The notes beneath the pieces were generated by a model. It was not told where the DNA came from, did no database searches, and saw only the letters and a list, made by a program, of their open reading frames with translations. Made by a program: the position numbers and the translations under genes. Source: Beutenbergiaceae bacterium (GTDB lineage Bacteria; Actinomycetota; Actinomycetes; Actinomycetales; Beutenbergiaceae). From it: a DNA stretch of 64,000 nt. The number at the start of each line of letters is the position of its first letter. The stretch's first letter is position 1. The stretch is from contig JBKEBC010000005.1 of the NCBI GenBank assembly GCA_047972965.1, forward strand, positions 2,014-66,013. Direction: 5' to 3'. Below are positions 1-9,621 of the stretch, one piece after another.

Positions 1-124
1 ACCCGCGGCAATGACGTAAACCTTCGAACTCGCGGCCCGTGTCCGCGTGGTGAGACCACCCAGCCCACCCGACGGTCCGTGCCACTCGCGACCGGGTGCG
101 CCGTACCTGGGAAAGGAGGGAACG

Positions 125-2935
125 CTAGCTGCCCGTGAGAATCTGCGCCAGCGACTTGCCGGTCACATCGGCCAAGTGTTCGGCTTGAGTGCGGCAGGAG
201 AAGCCATCGGCCAGCAGCACCGCGCCCTCGGGTGCCGCTCGAAGAGCGGGCAGCATCCCGTTTTCAGCCACGGCGACGCTCACGTCATAGTGGCCAGCCT
301 CCATGCCGAAGTTGCCAGCCAGACCGCAACACCCGGAAATGGTCGTAACCGTGGCTCCGGCACGCTCCAACAGCGCCAGGTCCGCCTCGTAGCCCATCAC
401 CGCGTGCTGATGGCAATGCGGCTGCGCAACCACGTCCAGGCCACGCAGGTCCGGTGGCTGCCACTGACTGGGCCCCAGCGGCGCTTTCGCCGTCAACAGC
501 TCCGCCACCGTATAAGTACCGGCCGCGAGCGCCGCCGATCGCGGATCATCGGGCAGCAAATCCAGCAGGTCTGATCGCAACACCGCTGTGCAACTGGGTT
601 CGATGCCCACGATCGGAACCCCAGCATCCACGTAGGGCGTCAGCACATCAAGGGTCTGCCGCAGCCTCGCCTTGGCGCCGTCGAGCTGTCCGGTTGAGAT
701 CCAGGTCAAGCCACAGCATGCCTGCCGGTCCGGCACCCGCACGGTGTACCCAGCATCGCGCAGGAGAGCCACCGTGGCGCGAGCACCGTCGGTGGACATG
801 GTTTCACTGAAGGAATCCACCCACAGCAGCACCTCTGGCTGCTGCGTTCCCGGGGTGTCCTGGCGGGCAAACCAGCGGGAGAACCGTTGGGTGGTGAACG
901 GGGGCACCGCACGGCGGGCATCCATGCCACCACCGCGCAACACCATGGTCCGCAATGGGCCCACCTTCATCGCAGCATTGGCCAGTGCCGCAACCGGAGG
1001 CAGCGCCGTGACCAGGGCACTCCACCGCGGCAACCAGCCCAACGCATAGTGTCGAAGAGGACGCACTTTCCCGCGATAACGCCGATGCAGCACCTCCGAC
1101 TTATAAGTCGCCATATCCACGCCGGCGGGGCAGTCAGAGCTACAGGCCTTGCAGGACAAACACAGGTCGAGCGAGTCGGCCACCTCGGGGGCATCCCAGC
1201 CGTTGACCAAGGTGCCGTTGGCCATCTCCTGCAGCACTCGCGCTCGTGCCCGGGTGGAGTCTTTCTCATCCCCGGTCGCCTGATAAGAGGGACACATGAA
1301 CCCCCCGGAAGCGCTGTTGTCAGCCCGGCATTTACCGACGCCGACGCAGCGGTGCACAGCAGTGGTGAAGTCCCCCTCATCGTGGGGCAGCGAAAACCCC
1401 GAAGCCACCGGGAGCGGCTGCGCCAGCGGGCGGCGCAGGTTGGCCTCGACCGGCGCCGGCCGCACCACCACGCCGGGATTGAGCAGATCTGACGGGTCAA
1501 ACAGAGACTTGACCCGCTCCAGCAACCGGATGGCCGAGGGTGAATAGATAGCCGGGAGTAGTTCGCCACGCGCCCGACCGTCACCGTGCTCCCCTGAGAG
1601 TGACCCCCCGTACTTGGCTACCAGCGCAGCAGCATCCAGCATGAAGGAACGGAAAGTCGCCGGCCCATCCGCACTGGCCAACGGCAGATCGATGCGCACG
1701 TGAATGCACCCGTCCCCAAAGTGCCCGTAGGGCAATCCATCGACGTCGTACTGTGCCAGCAACTGGTTGAAGTCGCGCAGGTAGGGGCCCAGGTGCTCCG
1801 GTGGGACGGCGGCATCCTCCCAACCGGGCCAGGCCTGTGCACCCGAGGGGGTACGTCCGGCCAGCCCAGCACCATCTGCCCGGATCTGCCAGATCCTGGT
1901 GGCCTCGGGTCCGGCAGGAATGATGCGCACCGCATCGGTGCCAGCATCTCGGACCAATGCTTGAGCGTTGGCGTAGGCCTCCGCTTGGGTGGTGCCACCG
2001 ACCTCGACCAGCAGCCATCCCGCACCCTGCGGCAACTGCGGGATCGGACTCGTGGCGTGGCGTCGCACCACCTCTAGCAGTCGTTCATCGAGCCCTTCAA
2101 TCGCTAGCGGCCGATGCGCCAGTAACGCCGGTACCGCATCCGCCGCAGCGGGCATATCGGGGTAGCCCAGGGCCACGATGGTGGGCGAGCTTGGCAGCGG
2201 CACCAGATCCACGGTGGCTTCCAGCACGGTCACCAGAGTTCCTTCGGTGCCCACCAGGAAGCGGGCGAGGTTCCCCCCGTTTTCCGGCAACAGGTGTTCC
2301 AGCGAGTACCCGGAAACCTGCCGTCCGAACCGGCCGAACTCGGTGCGTATTGTCGCAAGATTCGACTGGACCAGCTCCCGTAGTCCGGGCACCTGGCCAA
2401 CCGTATCCGCACCGGCACTCAGCCGTCGTCCCGTGCCATCGACAACGTCGAGGGACCGGGTGTTGTCAGCCGTGCGTCCGTAAGCAACCGCGTGCGGGCC
2501 ACAAGCGTTGTTGCCGATCATGCCCGCGATGGTGCATCGGTTCTGCGTGGACGGGTCCGGGCCAAATCTGAGGCCATGCGGCCTAGCTGCCGCCTGCAGC
2601 GTGCTCATCACCGTTCCTGGCTGTACCCGGGCAGTCCGAGCGTGCGGGTCGATCTCGATGACCCGGTTGAGGTGACGGGAAAAGTCCAACACGATCCCTG
2701 GCCCGACGGCGTTGCCAGCTACCGAGGTGCCACCACCACGGGCAGTGATCGGGGCCTGATGCTCAGTGGCGATCGTCAGCGCAGCCAGCACATCATCGGT
2801 GCTGGCCGGGAACACCACCGCTTGCGGTACCACCCGGTAGTTCGACGCATCGGTGGAGTACTCAGATCGACGCCGTGGTGAGTCGTCCACCGTTCCAGCA
2901 ACGGCAGCCTTCAGGTCCGCGATCAGATCCGACAC
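125..2935 (-). CDS. FAD-linked oxidase fused to an Fe-S/CCG-domain oxidoreductase (GlcD-like N-terminus, GlpC/LutA-like C-terminus)
   Basis: 936-aa ORF. N-terminal FAD-binding-type region (ARGGGTSVAGNAVG). Ferredoxin-type motif CLSCKACSSDCPAG. Two CCG motifs (QACCGLTW, SGCCGLAGNFG). Confidence 0.8.
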   Translation of the reverse strand: MSDLIADLKAAVAGTVDDSPRRRSEYSTDASNYRVVPQAVVFPASTDDVLAALTIATEHQAPITARGGGTSVAGNAVGPGIVLDFSRHLNRVIEIDPHARTARVQPGTVMSTLQAAARPHGLRFGPDPSTQNRCTIAGMIGNNACGPHAVAYGRTADNTRSLDVVDGTGRRLSAGADTVGQVPGLRELVQSNLATIRTEFGRFGRQVSGYSLEHLLPENGGNLARFLVGTEGTLVTVLEATVDLVPLPSSPTIVALGYPDMPAAADAVPALLAHRPLAIEGLDERLLEVVRRHATSPIPQLPQGAGWLLVEVGGTTQAEAYANAQALVRDAGTDAVRIIPAGPEATRIWQIRADGAGLAGRTPSGAQAWPGWEDAAVPPEHLGPYLRDFNQLLAQYDVDGLPYGHFGDGCIHVRIDLPLASADGPATFRSFMLDAAALVAKYGGSLSGEHGDGRARGELLPAIYSPSAIRLLERVKSLFDPSDLLNPGVVVRPAPVEANLRRPLAQPLPVASGFSLPHDEGDFTTAVHRCVGVGKCRADNSASGGFMCPSYQATGDEKDSTRARARVLQEMANGTLVNGWDAPEVADSLDLCLSCKACSSDCPAGVDMATYKSEVLHRRYRGKVRPLRHYALGWLPRWSALVTALPPVAALANAAMKVGPLRTMVLRGGGMDARRAVPPFTTQRFSRWFARQDTPGTQQPEVLLWVDSFSETMSTDGARATVALLRDAGYTVRVPDRQACCGLTWISTGQLDGAKARLRQTLDVLTPYVDAGVPIVGIEPSCTAVLRSDLLDLLPDDPRSAALAAGTYTVAELLTAKAPLGPSQWQPPDLRGLDVVAQPHCHQHAVMGYEADLALLERAGATVTTISGCCGLAGNFGMEAGHYDVSVAVAENGMLPALRAAPEGAVLLADGFSCRTQAEHLADVTGKSLAQILTGS

Positions 2936-2990
2936 AGGTTCAACCTAGTGCCCCGTGCCGCAGCCGCCGCACTGCCCATCAGCAAGCCCC

Positions 2991-4298
2991 CTAGCCGGTG
3001 GCAAGCCCCTCAAGCGCCTCGTCGGCTACTCCCACCACCAGCCAGGTTGAGCCGGAGGCGCGGTTGAGAAGCCGCCAGGTCGGCAGCAGCGCCACGGTCC
3101 CGTCCGCCAGTTGGTAGCCCTGAAGGCCCAGCTCTGCGTTGGTGATCTCGACCTCGGTCACGGGCCAGGCGAGCGGATCGCCGGCTGACGGCGTAACGCC
3201 CGGGGCCGTGGACGGCAGGTCCGAGCCCGATACCGTGCCGAGGTAGTAGCGCCGGTCCATGAGCCGGTCGACGGCCTGCGCTGCCGAGACCACCGGGTAG
3301 TCACCCAGGCTCACCGGTGCCGCGAGCGGCCCGGTTGCCGAGGTGACCCCAGCCTCGGTCACGGTGATATTCCACGTTGCGATACTCATCACCCCGGCAC
3401 TGGCTAGGACGGAATCAACCTGCGCGCCGAAACCGATTCCGGCTCGAACCACCACAGCGCCCGCGACGACGTCGAGCACCTCGATATTGAACGCACCGGT
3501 ATCGACCCCAGCTTCGGTGAGGAACAACTGCGCCGCTCGTGTTGCATCTAGTGGGTTCGGCGCGGACTGCTGGCAGTTGCTGGAGCCTGGATCGTTGGCG
3601 CAGGCCTCATCCTGGGCGATGCTCGGATCGAGGTAGGTCAAGGTGGCGGCGCCATCGATAGCGACGGCCAGCATCTGGCCATCGCTGTCGTTGATCTCCC
3701 AGCTACCTTCCAGCTCCTGCAGCTCTCCCTCAACATCGAGTGCTGCCGCGACGCGCATCAGAGCCGTTTGGTGGTCGATGGACGCACCGGCGTAGGCGAA
3801 TACCTGCGCCGTCTGCGGCGTGGTGTTCAGACCAACTGCCACGTATTCGACCGGCACCACACTGTCGTCCGGGCTAAGTTCCTGCGCGATCCTAGAGCCG
3901 AATGCTTCCTCCGCCGCTGCGGACTGCACCGACTCATCAGACTCTTCAAAGCTCTCATCAGACTCTTCAAAACTGACATCGGGCACTCCCTCTGACTCCG
4001 GCGCCGCCACGGGTTCCGCTCCATCAGGGCCCTCCGTGGGTCCAAGCGATCGCCCAACCGTGAAGCTACCCGCACCGATCACCAAGCACGCTGCCGCACC
4101 GGCGGCGACCGTCCACCAGGTACGACGACGAGATCGGCGCGCGGAGAGCTCATCGTTGCGCGCTGCGGGTCCGGACCCGCTGGGTATCTGCACCAAGCGT
4201 GCGTCCACACGGCGGCGCAGCGCCGAGGTGTCCACCGCCTGGCCGCGCGCAGGGTCGGCTGCAGCCAACCTGGCCAATACCTCATTTTCATCGGTCAT
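2991..4298 (-). CDS. Membrane-anchored protein downstream of the ECF sigma gene (putative anti-sigma factor or sensor); no ZAS Cys motif
   Basis: 435-aa ORF 66 nt downstream of the sigma gene. Short cytoplasmic N-terminus, one TM segment (WWTVAAGAAACLVIGAG), then a large extracytoplasmic domain with the acidic tandem repeat FEESDES x2. Confidence 0.45.
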   Translation of the reverse strand: MTDENEVLARLAAADPARGQAVDTSALRRRVDARLVQIPSGSGPAARNDELSARRSRRRTWWTVAAGAAACLVIGAGSFTVGRSLGPTEGPDGAEPVAAPESEGVPDVSFEESDESFEESDESVQSAAAEEAFGSRIAQELSPDDSVVPVEYVAVGLNTTPQTAQVFAYAGASIDHQTALMRVAAALDVEGELQELEGSWEINDSDGQMLAVAIDGAATLTYLDPSIAQDEACANDPGSSNCQQSAPNPLDATRAAQLFLTEAGVDTGAFNIEVLDVVAGAVVVRAGIGFGAQVDSVLASAGVMSIATWNITVTEAGVTSATGPLAAPVSLGDYPVVSAAQAVDRLMDRRYYLGTVSGSDLPSTAPGVTPSAGDPLAWPVTEVEITNAELGLQGYQLADGTVALLPTWRLLNRASGSTWLVVGVADEALEGLATG

Positions 4299-4364
4299 GA
4301 GCGATCTCCTCTCGTGCTGAGCTCCTCACCATGACCATGTGCTGGATCGGAAGATTGTTGCTCG

Positions 4365-4907
4365 TCATCGCTCCACCCGTAGCTGCCATTGCTCTCGGAG
4401 CCGGGCCCGGGCGCGCGATAGCGCTGCTGCTGCCCCGCCACGGGACAAGCCCAGCGCCCGGCCTAGCCCTTCTCCGTCCAGGCCCTCCCACACGTTGAGC
4501 AGCAGGATGTGGCGCTCGCGAGCATTGAGCTGGTTGAGCACCTGTTGCACCGCCTCGTCCTCGATCACTACCTGCGCCGGGTCGGGGGCGTAATCGCCGT
4601 CGCCGTCTGGAACTTCTGCGACCGGGATGGGGCGAGCTTTGCGCCGGAAGTTGGCCAGCACAAAACCGGCGGTCCGGTAGAGCCAGGCCAACTCGAAGCC
4701 CTCGGGCACATCCTCGCGCCGACGCCACGCGGTCGCCAACACATCGGCTGCAAGATCCTCCGCATCGGTGGGATCGGCGCGGCGGCGGAAGTATGTGTGG
4801 ACCAGGTGCGCATAGGCAGCAAACAGTTCGTCGAACCAGACGGCATCGCGAATCGTCGGCAGCACAACGCCAGGTGGCTCATCCACGTCAGTGCCCACGC
4901 GCCTCAC
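4365..4907 (-). CDS. ECF-type RNA polymerase sigma-70 family factor
   Basis: 180 aa. Region 2-like FDELFAAYAHLVHTYFRRR. Region 4 HTH LGLSRGGAAAALSRARARLRE. GTG start. Confidence 0.85.
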   Translation of the reverse strand: MRRVGTDVDEPPGVVLPTIRDAVWFDELFAAYAHLVHTYFRRRADPTDAEDLAADVLATAWRRREDVPEGFELAWLYRTAGFVLANFRRKARPIPVAEVPDGDGDYAPDPAQVVIEDEAVQQVLNQLNARERHILLLNVWEGLDGEGLGRALGLSRGGAAAALSRARARLREQWQLRVER

Positions 4908-5058
4908 CTCTCACTCGATACCCCCGGTAGTGCAAATTGTGTGCTAACTGCCAAGATCGTTTCATGATGGTTGCGATCGGTTCACGCGGGCACACCCGCG
5001 AATCGCAGGCGGGCACGCGAACAACCTCGGTGCCTGGGGTCGGGAAAGCGGTCGCAGA

Positions 5059-6513
5059 ATGAGCGTGCTCGAGTGGGTGGTGCTCCTCGCGCTGCTGGTC
5101 GACATGGTGTTGCGGGTGCTAGCTGTCATTGTGGTTCCGCGCAACCGTCGCCCCACCTCGGCCATGGCGTGGTTGCTGGCAATCTTCTTCCTACCGGTCC
5201 CAGGATTGCTGCTATTCCTGCTCATCGGTTCACCGAAGACCTCCAGACGGCGGCGACGTAAGCAAGCCGAGATCGATAGCTACCTGCACCAAGCCTCGGA
5301 GGAGCTGCGGGTCGGCACCTTCCGGGACAATCCACCACCATGGTTTGACCAAGTGGTGGCCATGAACCAGCACCTGGGTGCACTGCCCCTCACCGGTGAT
5401 AACAGCGCTCACCTGATTCCCGGTTACCAGGACAGTCTGGATGCGATGGCCGCGGCGATGGCAGTTGCCGAGCAGTACATCCACGTCGAGTTCTACATCC
5501 TGCAGAGCGACAGCTCGACCGAGCCCTTTTTTGCCGCGATGGAGCAGGCAGCCCAACGTGGTGTGCAGGTACGGGTGCTACTCGACCATTGGGCGAACCG
5601 GTTCAAGCCTCGGTACCAGCAGACGATTTCTCGGCTTGATGCCATGGGTGCCGACTGGCACCTGATGTTGCCTGTACGGCCATTCCGGGGTCAGTGGGAG
5701 CGGCCGGATCTGCGCAATCACCGCAAGTTGGTCGTCGTGGACGGCATCGTCGGGTTCATCGGTTCTCAGAACGTCACCAAGCGGGACTACAACCTGCCCA
5801 AGAACATCAAGCGGGGCCTGCAGTGGGTGGATTTGATGGCGCGGGTCGAGGGACCCGTGGTCGCCGAGATCGACGCCGTGTTCTATTCGGATTGGTATAC
5901 CGAATCTGGCGAAACCCTGGTTGAAGAGCTGACCCCGACTCCGGTGGCCTCCAGTGACGGCGACCTTGACTGCCAGATTGTGCCCTCCGGCCCTGGGTAC
6001 GAGTTTGAGAACAATCTGCAGTTGTTCCTCTCGCTGATGTTTCACGCCAAGGAGCAGATGATCATCATCAGCCCCTACTTCGTGCCGGATGAGTCCCTGC
6101 TGCGAGCGATTACCAATGCTCGTCATCGTGGCGTCCACGTCGAGTTATTCGTCTCCGAGACCGGCGATCAGGCCGGGGTGTATCACGCCCAACGCAGCTT
6201 CTATGAGGCGATGCTCCGGATCGGTGTGCGCATCTACATGTATCGCAGTCCGTACATCCTGCACACCAAGACCCTGCGCATCGACAGCGAGATCGCCGTC
6301 ATCGGCTCATCCAACATGGACATGCGCTCCTTCGGTCTCGACGCGGAGATCTCCATGCTGGTGCGCGGGGAAGAGTTCTGCGACGAACTACGCCAGGTGG
6401 AAGACCACTACCGCTCCCTCAGCAAGGAACTCACGCTGCAGGAATGGCTGAAGCAACCCCTGCGAGCTACCGCCTTGGACAATCTGGCCCGCCTCACCTC
6501 TGCCCTGCAGTAG
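5059..6513 (+). CDS. cls: Cardiolipin synthase (PLD superfamily)
   Basis: 484 aa. Two N-terminal TM helices. Two HKD motifs (HRKLVVVDG...GSQN and HTKTLRIDSEIAVIGSSNMD). Confidence 0.9.
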   Translation: MSVLEWVVLLALLVDMVLRVLAVIVVPRNRRPTSAMAWLLAIFFLPVPGLLLFLLIGSPKTSRRRRRKQAEIDSYLHQASEELRVGTFRDNPPPWFDQVVAMNQHLGALPLTGDNSAHLIPGYQDSLDAMAAAMAVAEQYIHVEFYILQSDSSTEPFFAAMEQAAQRGVQVRVLLDHWANRFKPRYQQTISRLDAMGADWHLMLPVRPFRGQWERPDLRNHRKLVVVDGIVGFIGSQNVTKRDYNLPKNIKRGLQWVDLMARVEGPVVAEIDAVFYSDWYTESGETLVEELTPTPVASSDGDLDCQIVPSGPGYEFENNLQLFLSLMFHAKEQMIIISPYFVPDESLLRAITNARHRGVHVELFVSETGDQAGVYHAQRSFYEAMLRIGVRIYMYRSPYILHTKTLRIDSEIAVIGSSNMDMRSFGLDAEISMLVRGEEFCDELRQVEDHYRSLSKELTLQEWLKQPLRATALDNLARLTSALQ

Positions 6514-6551
6514 TGCGGAAAATGGTGCCCCAGGGCGGGCCACCCGCGGAT

Positions 6552-6640
6552 AGTCGTGACCAGGCAACCAAGTCGTGACCAGGCAACCAAGTCGTGATGC
6601 GCGCATCACGACTTGGTTGCTAGATCACGACTTGGCAACC
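6552..6640. repeat. Compound palindromic repeat, copy A (AAGTCGTGA family)
   Basis: Two direct 19-mers GTCGTGACCAGGCAACCAA. These are followed by the perfect 30-bp palindrome CCAAGTCGTGATGCGCGCATCACGACTTGG (6587-6616) and an outer ATCACGACTTGGCAACC arm. Lies between convergent cls and tRNA-Thr. Confidence 0.9.
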
Positions 6641-6667
6641 GGCTCGGCCGACCGCCACACATGGAAC

Positions 6668-6711
6668 AGCCCCCTAGGGCTCTGGCTATTTGTCCAAAGT
6701 CCTAGGGGGCT
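6668..6711 (-). terminator. Hairpin immediately downstream of tRNA-Thr
   Basis: Perfect 11-bp stem AGCCCCCTAGG/CCTAGGGGGCT with a 22-nt loop. It begins 7 nt after the tRNA 3' end on the minus strand. No strong U-tract. Confidence 0.5.
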
Positions 6712-6717
6712 TCCAGG

Positions 6718-6793
6718 TGGAGCCGCCTGTGGGAATCGAACCCACGACCTATTCATTACGAGTGAATCGCTCTGCCGACTGAGCTAAGGCGGC
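6718..6793 (-). tRNA. tRNA-Thr (anticodon CGT), CCA encoded
   Basis: Reverse complement reads GCCGCCT-TA-GCTC..GAGC-G-ATTCA-CTCGTAA-TGAAT-AGGTC-GTGGG-TTCGATT-CCCAC-AGGCGGC-T-CCA. Full cloverleaf folded by hand. Confidence 0.95.
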
Positions 6794-6879
6794 CAGTCGG
6801 TGGCCCAGCGGTTGGCTACTGTACCCGTGCCGGAGGGACCGTGCGAATCGAGTGACCTAGTCCCGATCCCACTTGCGGA

Positions 6880-8403
6880 TCAACATTGCAGGCCATCGGT
6901 GGGAACTGTGCCCTCGATGAGGAATTCATCGACCGGGGTATCGATGCAGGAGGAGGCGCCATAGGCCGTGTGACCGTCACCGTCATAGGTGAGCAACACG
7001 CCTTCCTCAAGTTGTTCGGCCAATGCCTGCGACCACTCATATGGCGTTGCCGGATCCCGCGTGGTACCGATAACCACGATCGGTGCTGCTCCGACAGCCG
7101 CAATGGGGTGAGGCTCCCCCGTGGCCTCAAATGGCATCGTCATGCACCCCACCTCTCCGTACCCGAAGCGCGGACCGAAAAGGTCGTTGGCTTCTTCCAA
7201 CGCGTCGGCCTCCGCCTCGATGGCGGATCGATCTGTCTCTACCGGGTAGTCCAGGCAGGTGATGATTCCGAACGCGCCCTTATCCTCGGGGTAGGAGCCA
7301 TCGTCCGCACGCTCGGAAGCGATGTCAGCCATGTATCGAATCGTGCTTGGGTCGTTGTTATTGAGGTACTGCGCCAGCGCCGCCGTCAGAGTCGGCCAGG
7401 ATTCCGAGCTGTACATCGCGACAATAATCGCGCCAAACAAGTCTGAATCGGTCACCGGTCGGTCCGGGTCCTTCGGGTCTGGCGCGGGGTTGGCGGCCAG
7501 TTCATCCAGCAGCGAGACCGTCCGGTCCCAGGCCTCATCAACGTCTCCGGTAAATGGGCACTCCGCTCCGGCGAGGCAGTCCGCCAAGTAAGACCTGTAG
7601 GCCAGTTCAAAGCCATCGTTCTGGCCCGCATTGATCTGCGCATAGGACAATGACGGGTCTACCCCGCCATCGAGCACCAGTCGTCCCACCCGGTCGGGAA
7701 ACAACTCAGCGTAGGCGGCCCCCAGCTGCGTACCGTAGGAGAAACCAAAGTAGGTCAGGGTCTCCTCACCGATCGTGCCCCGCAACACGTCCAGATCGCG
7801 GGCGGCACTGACGGTATCGAGGAAATTGATAAGTGGACCGGTCCGCTCAGCGCAAGCTTCTCCGTACGCCCGGTTGTCCTCGACATAGTCGACCCAGCCG
7901 TCATCGGTATCGAGGTCATATCGGTTGCTGAAAAGCTCCTCCAGCTCATCATCGTCGTAGCAACGCACACCGTGAGATTCGCCTACACCACGTGGGTCGA
8001 AACCTACGATGTCATAGGCCGCGAGTAGGTCGCCGGAAAAGTAAATGTTGGCTGATTCAACCATCTCGATCCCCGAACCACCGGGGCCTCCGGGATTGAT
8101 GAACATGGTGCCCAGCGGCTCGCCATCGCTGGTGCTGTTGAAGCGCTTGACGGCGATATTGATCGTTTCCCCTGCCGGGTCGTCATAGTCCATAGGGACT
8201 TCAACGTCGGCACAGTCAAAGTTGGAGCCGCAGCTAGACCATTCCACCTGCTGCTGGTACAAGTCCTCCAGCCCAGCGGGCACCGCCATCGGATTGATAG
8301 ACCCGCCCGCTGGCTGCACCATCGGCAGCGGCGCAGAGCACCCCACCAGCACCGCTATCGCACCCGTCGCGGCCATCGCACTTACCCAAGTCTTTGCACG
8401 CAC
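6880..8403 (-). CDS. Secreted lipoprotein alpha/beta hydrolase, tripeptidyl-aminopeptidase (Tap/S33)-like
   Basis: 507 aa. Signal peptide with lipobox LVGC. Nucleophile elbow GFSYGT. Length and architecture typical of actinobacterial Tap-family proteases. Confidence 0.7.
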   Translation of the reverse strand: MRAKTWVSAMAATGAIAVLVGCSAPLPMVQPAGGSINPMAVPAGLEDLYQQQVEWSSCGSNFDCADVEVPMDYDDPAGETINIAVKRFNSTSDGEPLGTMFINPGGPGGSGIEMVESANIYFSGDLLAAYDIVGFDPRGVGESHGVRCYDDDELEELFSNRYDLDTDDGWVDYVEDNRAYGEACAERTGPLINFLDTVSAARDLDVLRGTIGEETLTYFGFSYGTQLGAAYAELFPDRVGRLVLDGGVDPSLSYAQINAGQNDGFELAYRSYLADCLAGAECPFTGDVDEAWDRTVSLLDELAANPAPDPKDPDRPVTDSDLFGAIIVAMYSSESWPTLTAALAQYLNNNDPSTIRYMADIASERADDGSYPEDKGAFGIITCLDYPVETDRSAIEAEADALEEANDLFGPRFGYGEVGCMTMPFEATGEPHPIAAVGAAPIVVIGTTRDPATPYEWSQALAEQLEEGVLLTYDGDGHTAYGASSCIDTPVDEFLIEGTVPTDGLQC

Positions 8404-8478
8404 CTAGTCAGTGTAGGGAGCAGTTTCCGACACCCAGCACACTTTGGATAGTTCTGCCCGGCGCTCAGGTTGGGCAGT

Positions 8479-9621
8479 TCAGCCCTGCGGCCGCAATGCG
8501 ACGAACAGCGACTCGATCGCCAGTAGTGGTGCGATGGTGCCGAATTCCTCGAATCGCGCCCGAGTCGCCCCGACCGCCTGCATCCGGCGCAATGACTGCT
8601 CTGGCGTACTGGTGGCCGCCATGTCAGCTATTGCGGTACGGGCGCTGCGATTGACCAGGTCGACCTCACTTCCCAGTTGCACCACCAACACGTCGCGGTA
8701 GAAGGAAAGCAAGTCCAACAACGCCAGATCGAGGGCGTCAAGCAACGATCGGCGGGCGCGGCGTTTCTGATCTTCTTCCAGCTGCCGCACCTGGGACCGC
8801 AGCGACGGCGGGAGCTTCGTCCCCTCTTCCGCTCCCAAGTTGCGCAGCAGTTCAACCCGCTCGTTAGCATCCCGCTCCGCCGTTGCGGACTTACTCTGCT
8901 CGGTCGCTGCCTCGACCAGCTCTCCGGCTGCCAACACCGCATCACCCACGCCCCGGATCGATGAGGCAATGGCCAGGACCCGCTCCCGGTGCGCCCGCGC
9001 CTGCGGGGACCGGGCCAGGCGGCTCGCAACACCGATATGACTCTGCGCAGCATGGGCGCATTCGAGTGCCAAACCTGGTTCGATGCCATCGCGCTCCACC
9101 AACAACGTGGCCACCGCCGCCGGATCAGGCACACGCAGATCAACGCTTCGGCAACGCGACCGGATAGTAGGCAACATATCGAGTGGACTGGGAGCGCACA
9201 GTAGCCACACCGTGCGTGGGGGCGGTTCTTCGATGGCCTTCAACAGCACATTGGAGGTTCGTTCCGCGATTCGGTCGGCATCCTCGATGATGATGACCCG
9301 CCATCGCCCCTGAGCGGGTGTGCGGTAGGCGACGTCGACCAGGGCGCGGGCCTCCTCGATGGTGATGATCAACCGTTCGGTCACATGCACGGTGACATCG
9401 GAGTGGGTGCCAGCGAACGCCGTCCGGGACTGCTGCGAGGTCCCGTCTGGATCGTCGGGATCCTGCAATGCCGCCGCAAATGCCCGGGCAGCTATCGAGC
9501 GCCCTGACCCGGGCGGCCCGGTGATCAGCCACGCATGGGTCATCGTCTCAGGGCGTTGGGCAGCAGCAGTCAGGGTTGCCACCGCCTCCGGCTGCCCCAC
9601 GACGGCGTCCCACAAGCTCAC
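8479..9621 (-). CDS. holB: DNA polymerase III subunit delta'
   Basis: 380 aa. HAWLITGPPGSGRS P-loop-like motif. IIIEDADR box. TIRSRC sensor motif. Overlaps tmk by 4 nt. Confidence 0.85.
   Translation of the reverse strand: MSLWDAVVGQPEAVATLTAAAQRPETMTHAWLITGPPGSGRSIAARAFAAALQDPDDPDGTSQQSRTAFAGTHSDVTVHVTERLIITIEEARALVDVAYRTPAQGRWRVIIIEDADRIAERTSNVLLKAIEEPPPRTVWLLCAPSPLDMLPTIRSRCRSVDLRVPDPAAVATLLVERDGIEPGLALECAHAAQSHIGVASRLARSPQARAHRERVLAIASSIRGVGDAVLAAGELVEAATEQSKSATAERDANERVELLRNLGAEEGTKLPPSLRSQVRQLEEDQKRRARRSLLDALDLALLDLLSFYRDVLVVQLGSEVDLVNRSARTAIADMAATSTPEQSLRRMQAVGATRARFEEFGTIAPLLAIESLFVALRPQG

Noticed and set aside
1-124. Possible gene fragment or RNA at the left window edge. It contains an SD-like GGAAAGGAGGG and a copy of the GAGTTCGAAGG motif.
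   Set aside because: No start codon follows the SD-like sequence in a sensible frame. The fragment is too short to call. Only the motif copy is reported, under the ridA duplication finding.
6575-6787. ORFs crossing the palindromic repeats that share the peptide ...SRDARITTW.../...PSRDSRVTTW... Further examples are 37921-38349, 38017-38361, 57622-58077 and 57736-58041. They could be taken for a repeated protein family.
   Set aside because: The shared peptide is simply the translation of the palindrome, and it reads similarly on both strands. The ORFs overlap tRNAs, have no SD and are otherwise unrelated.
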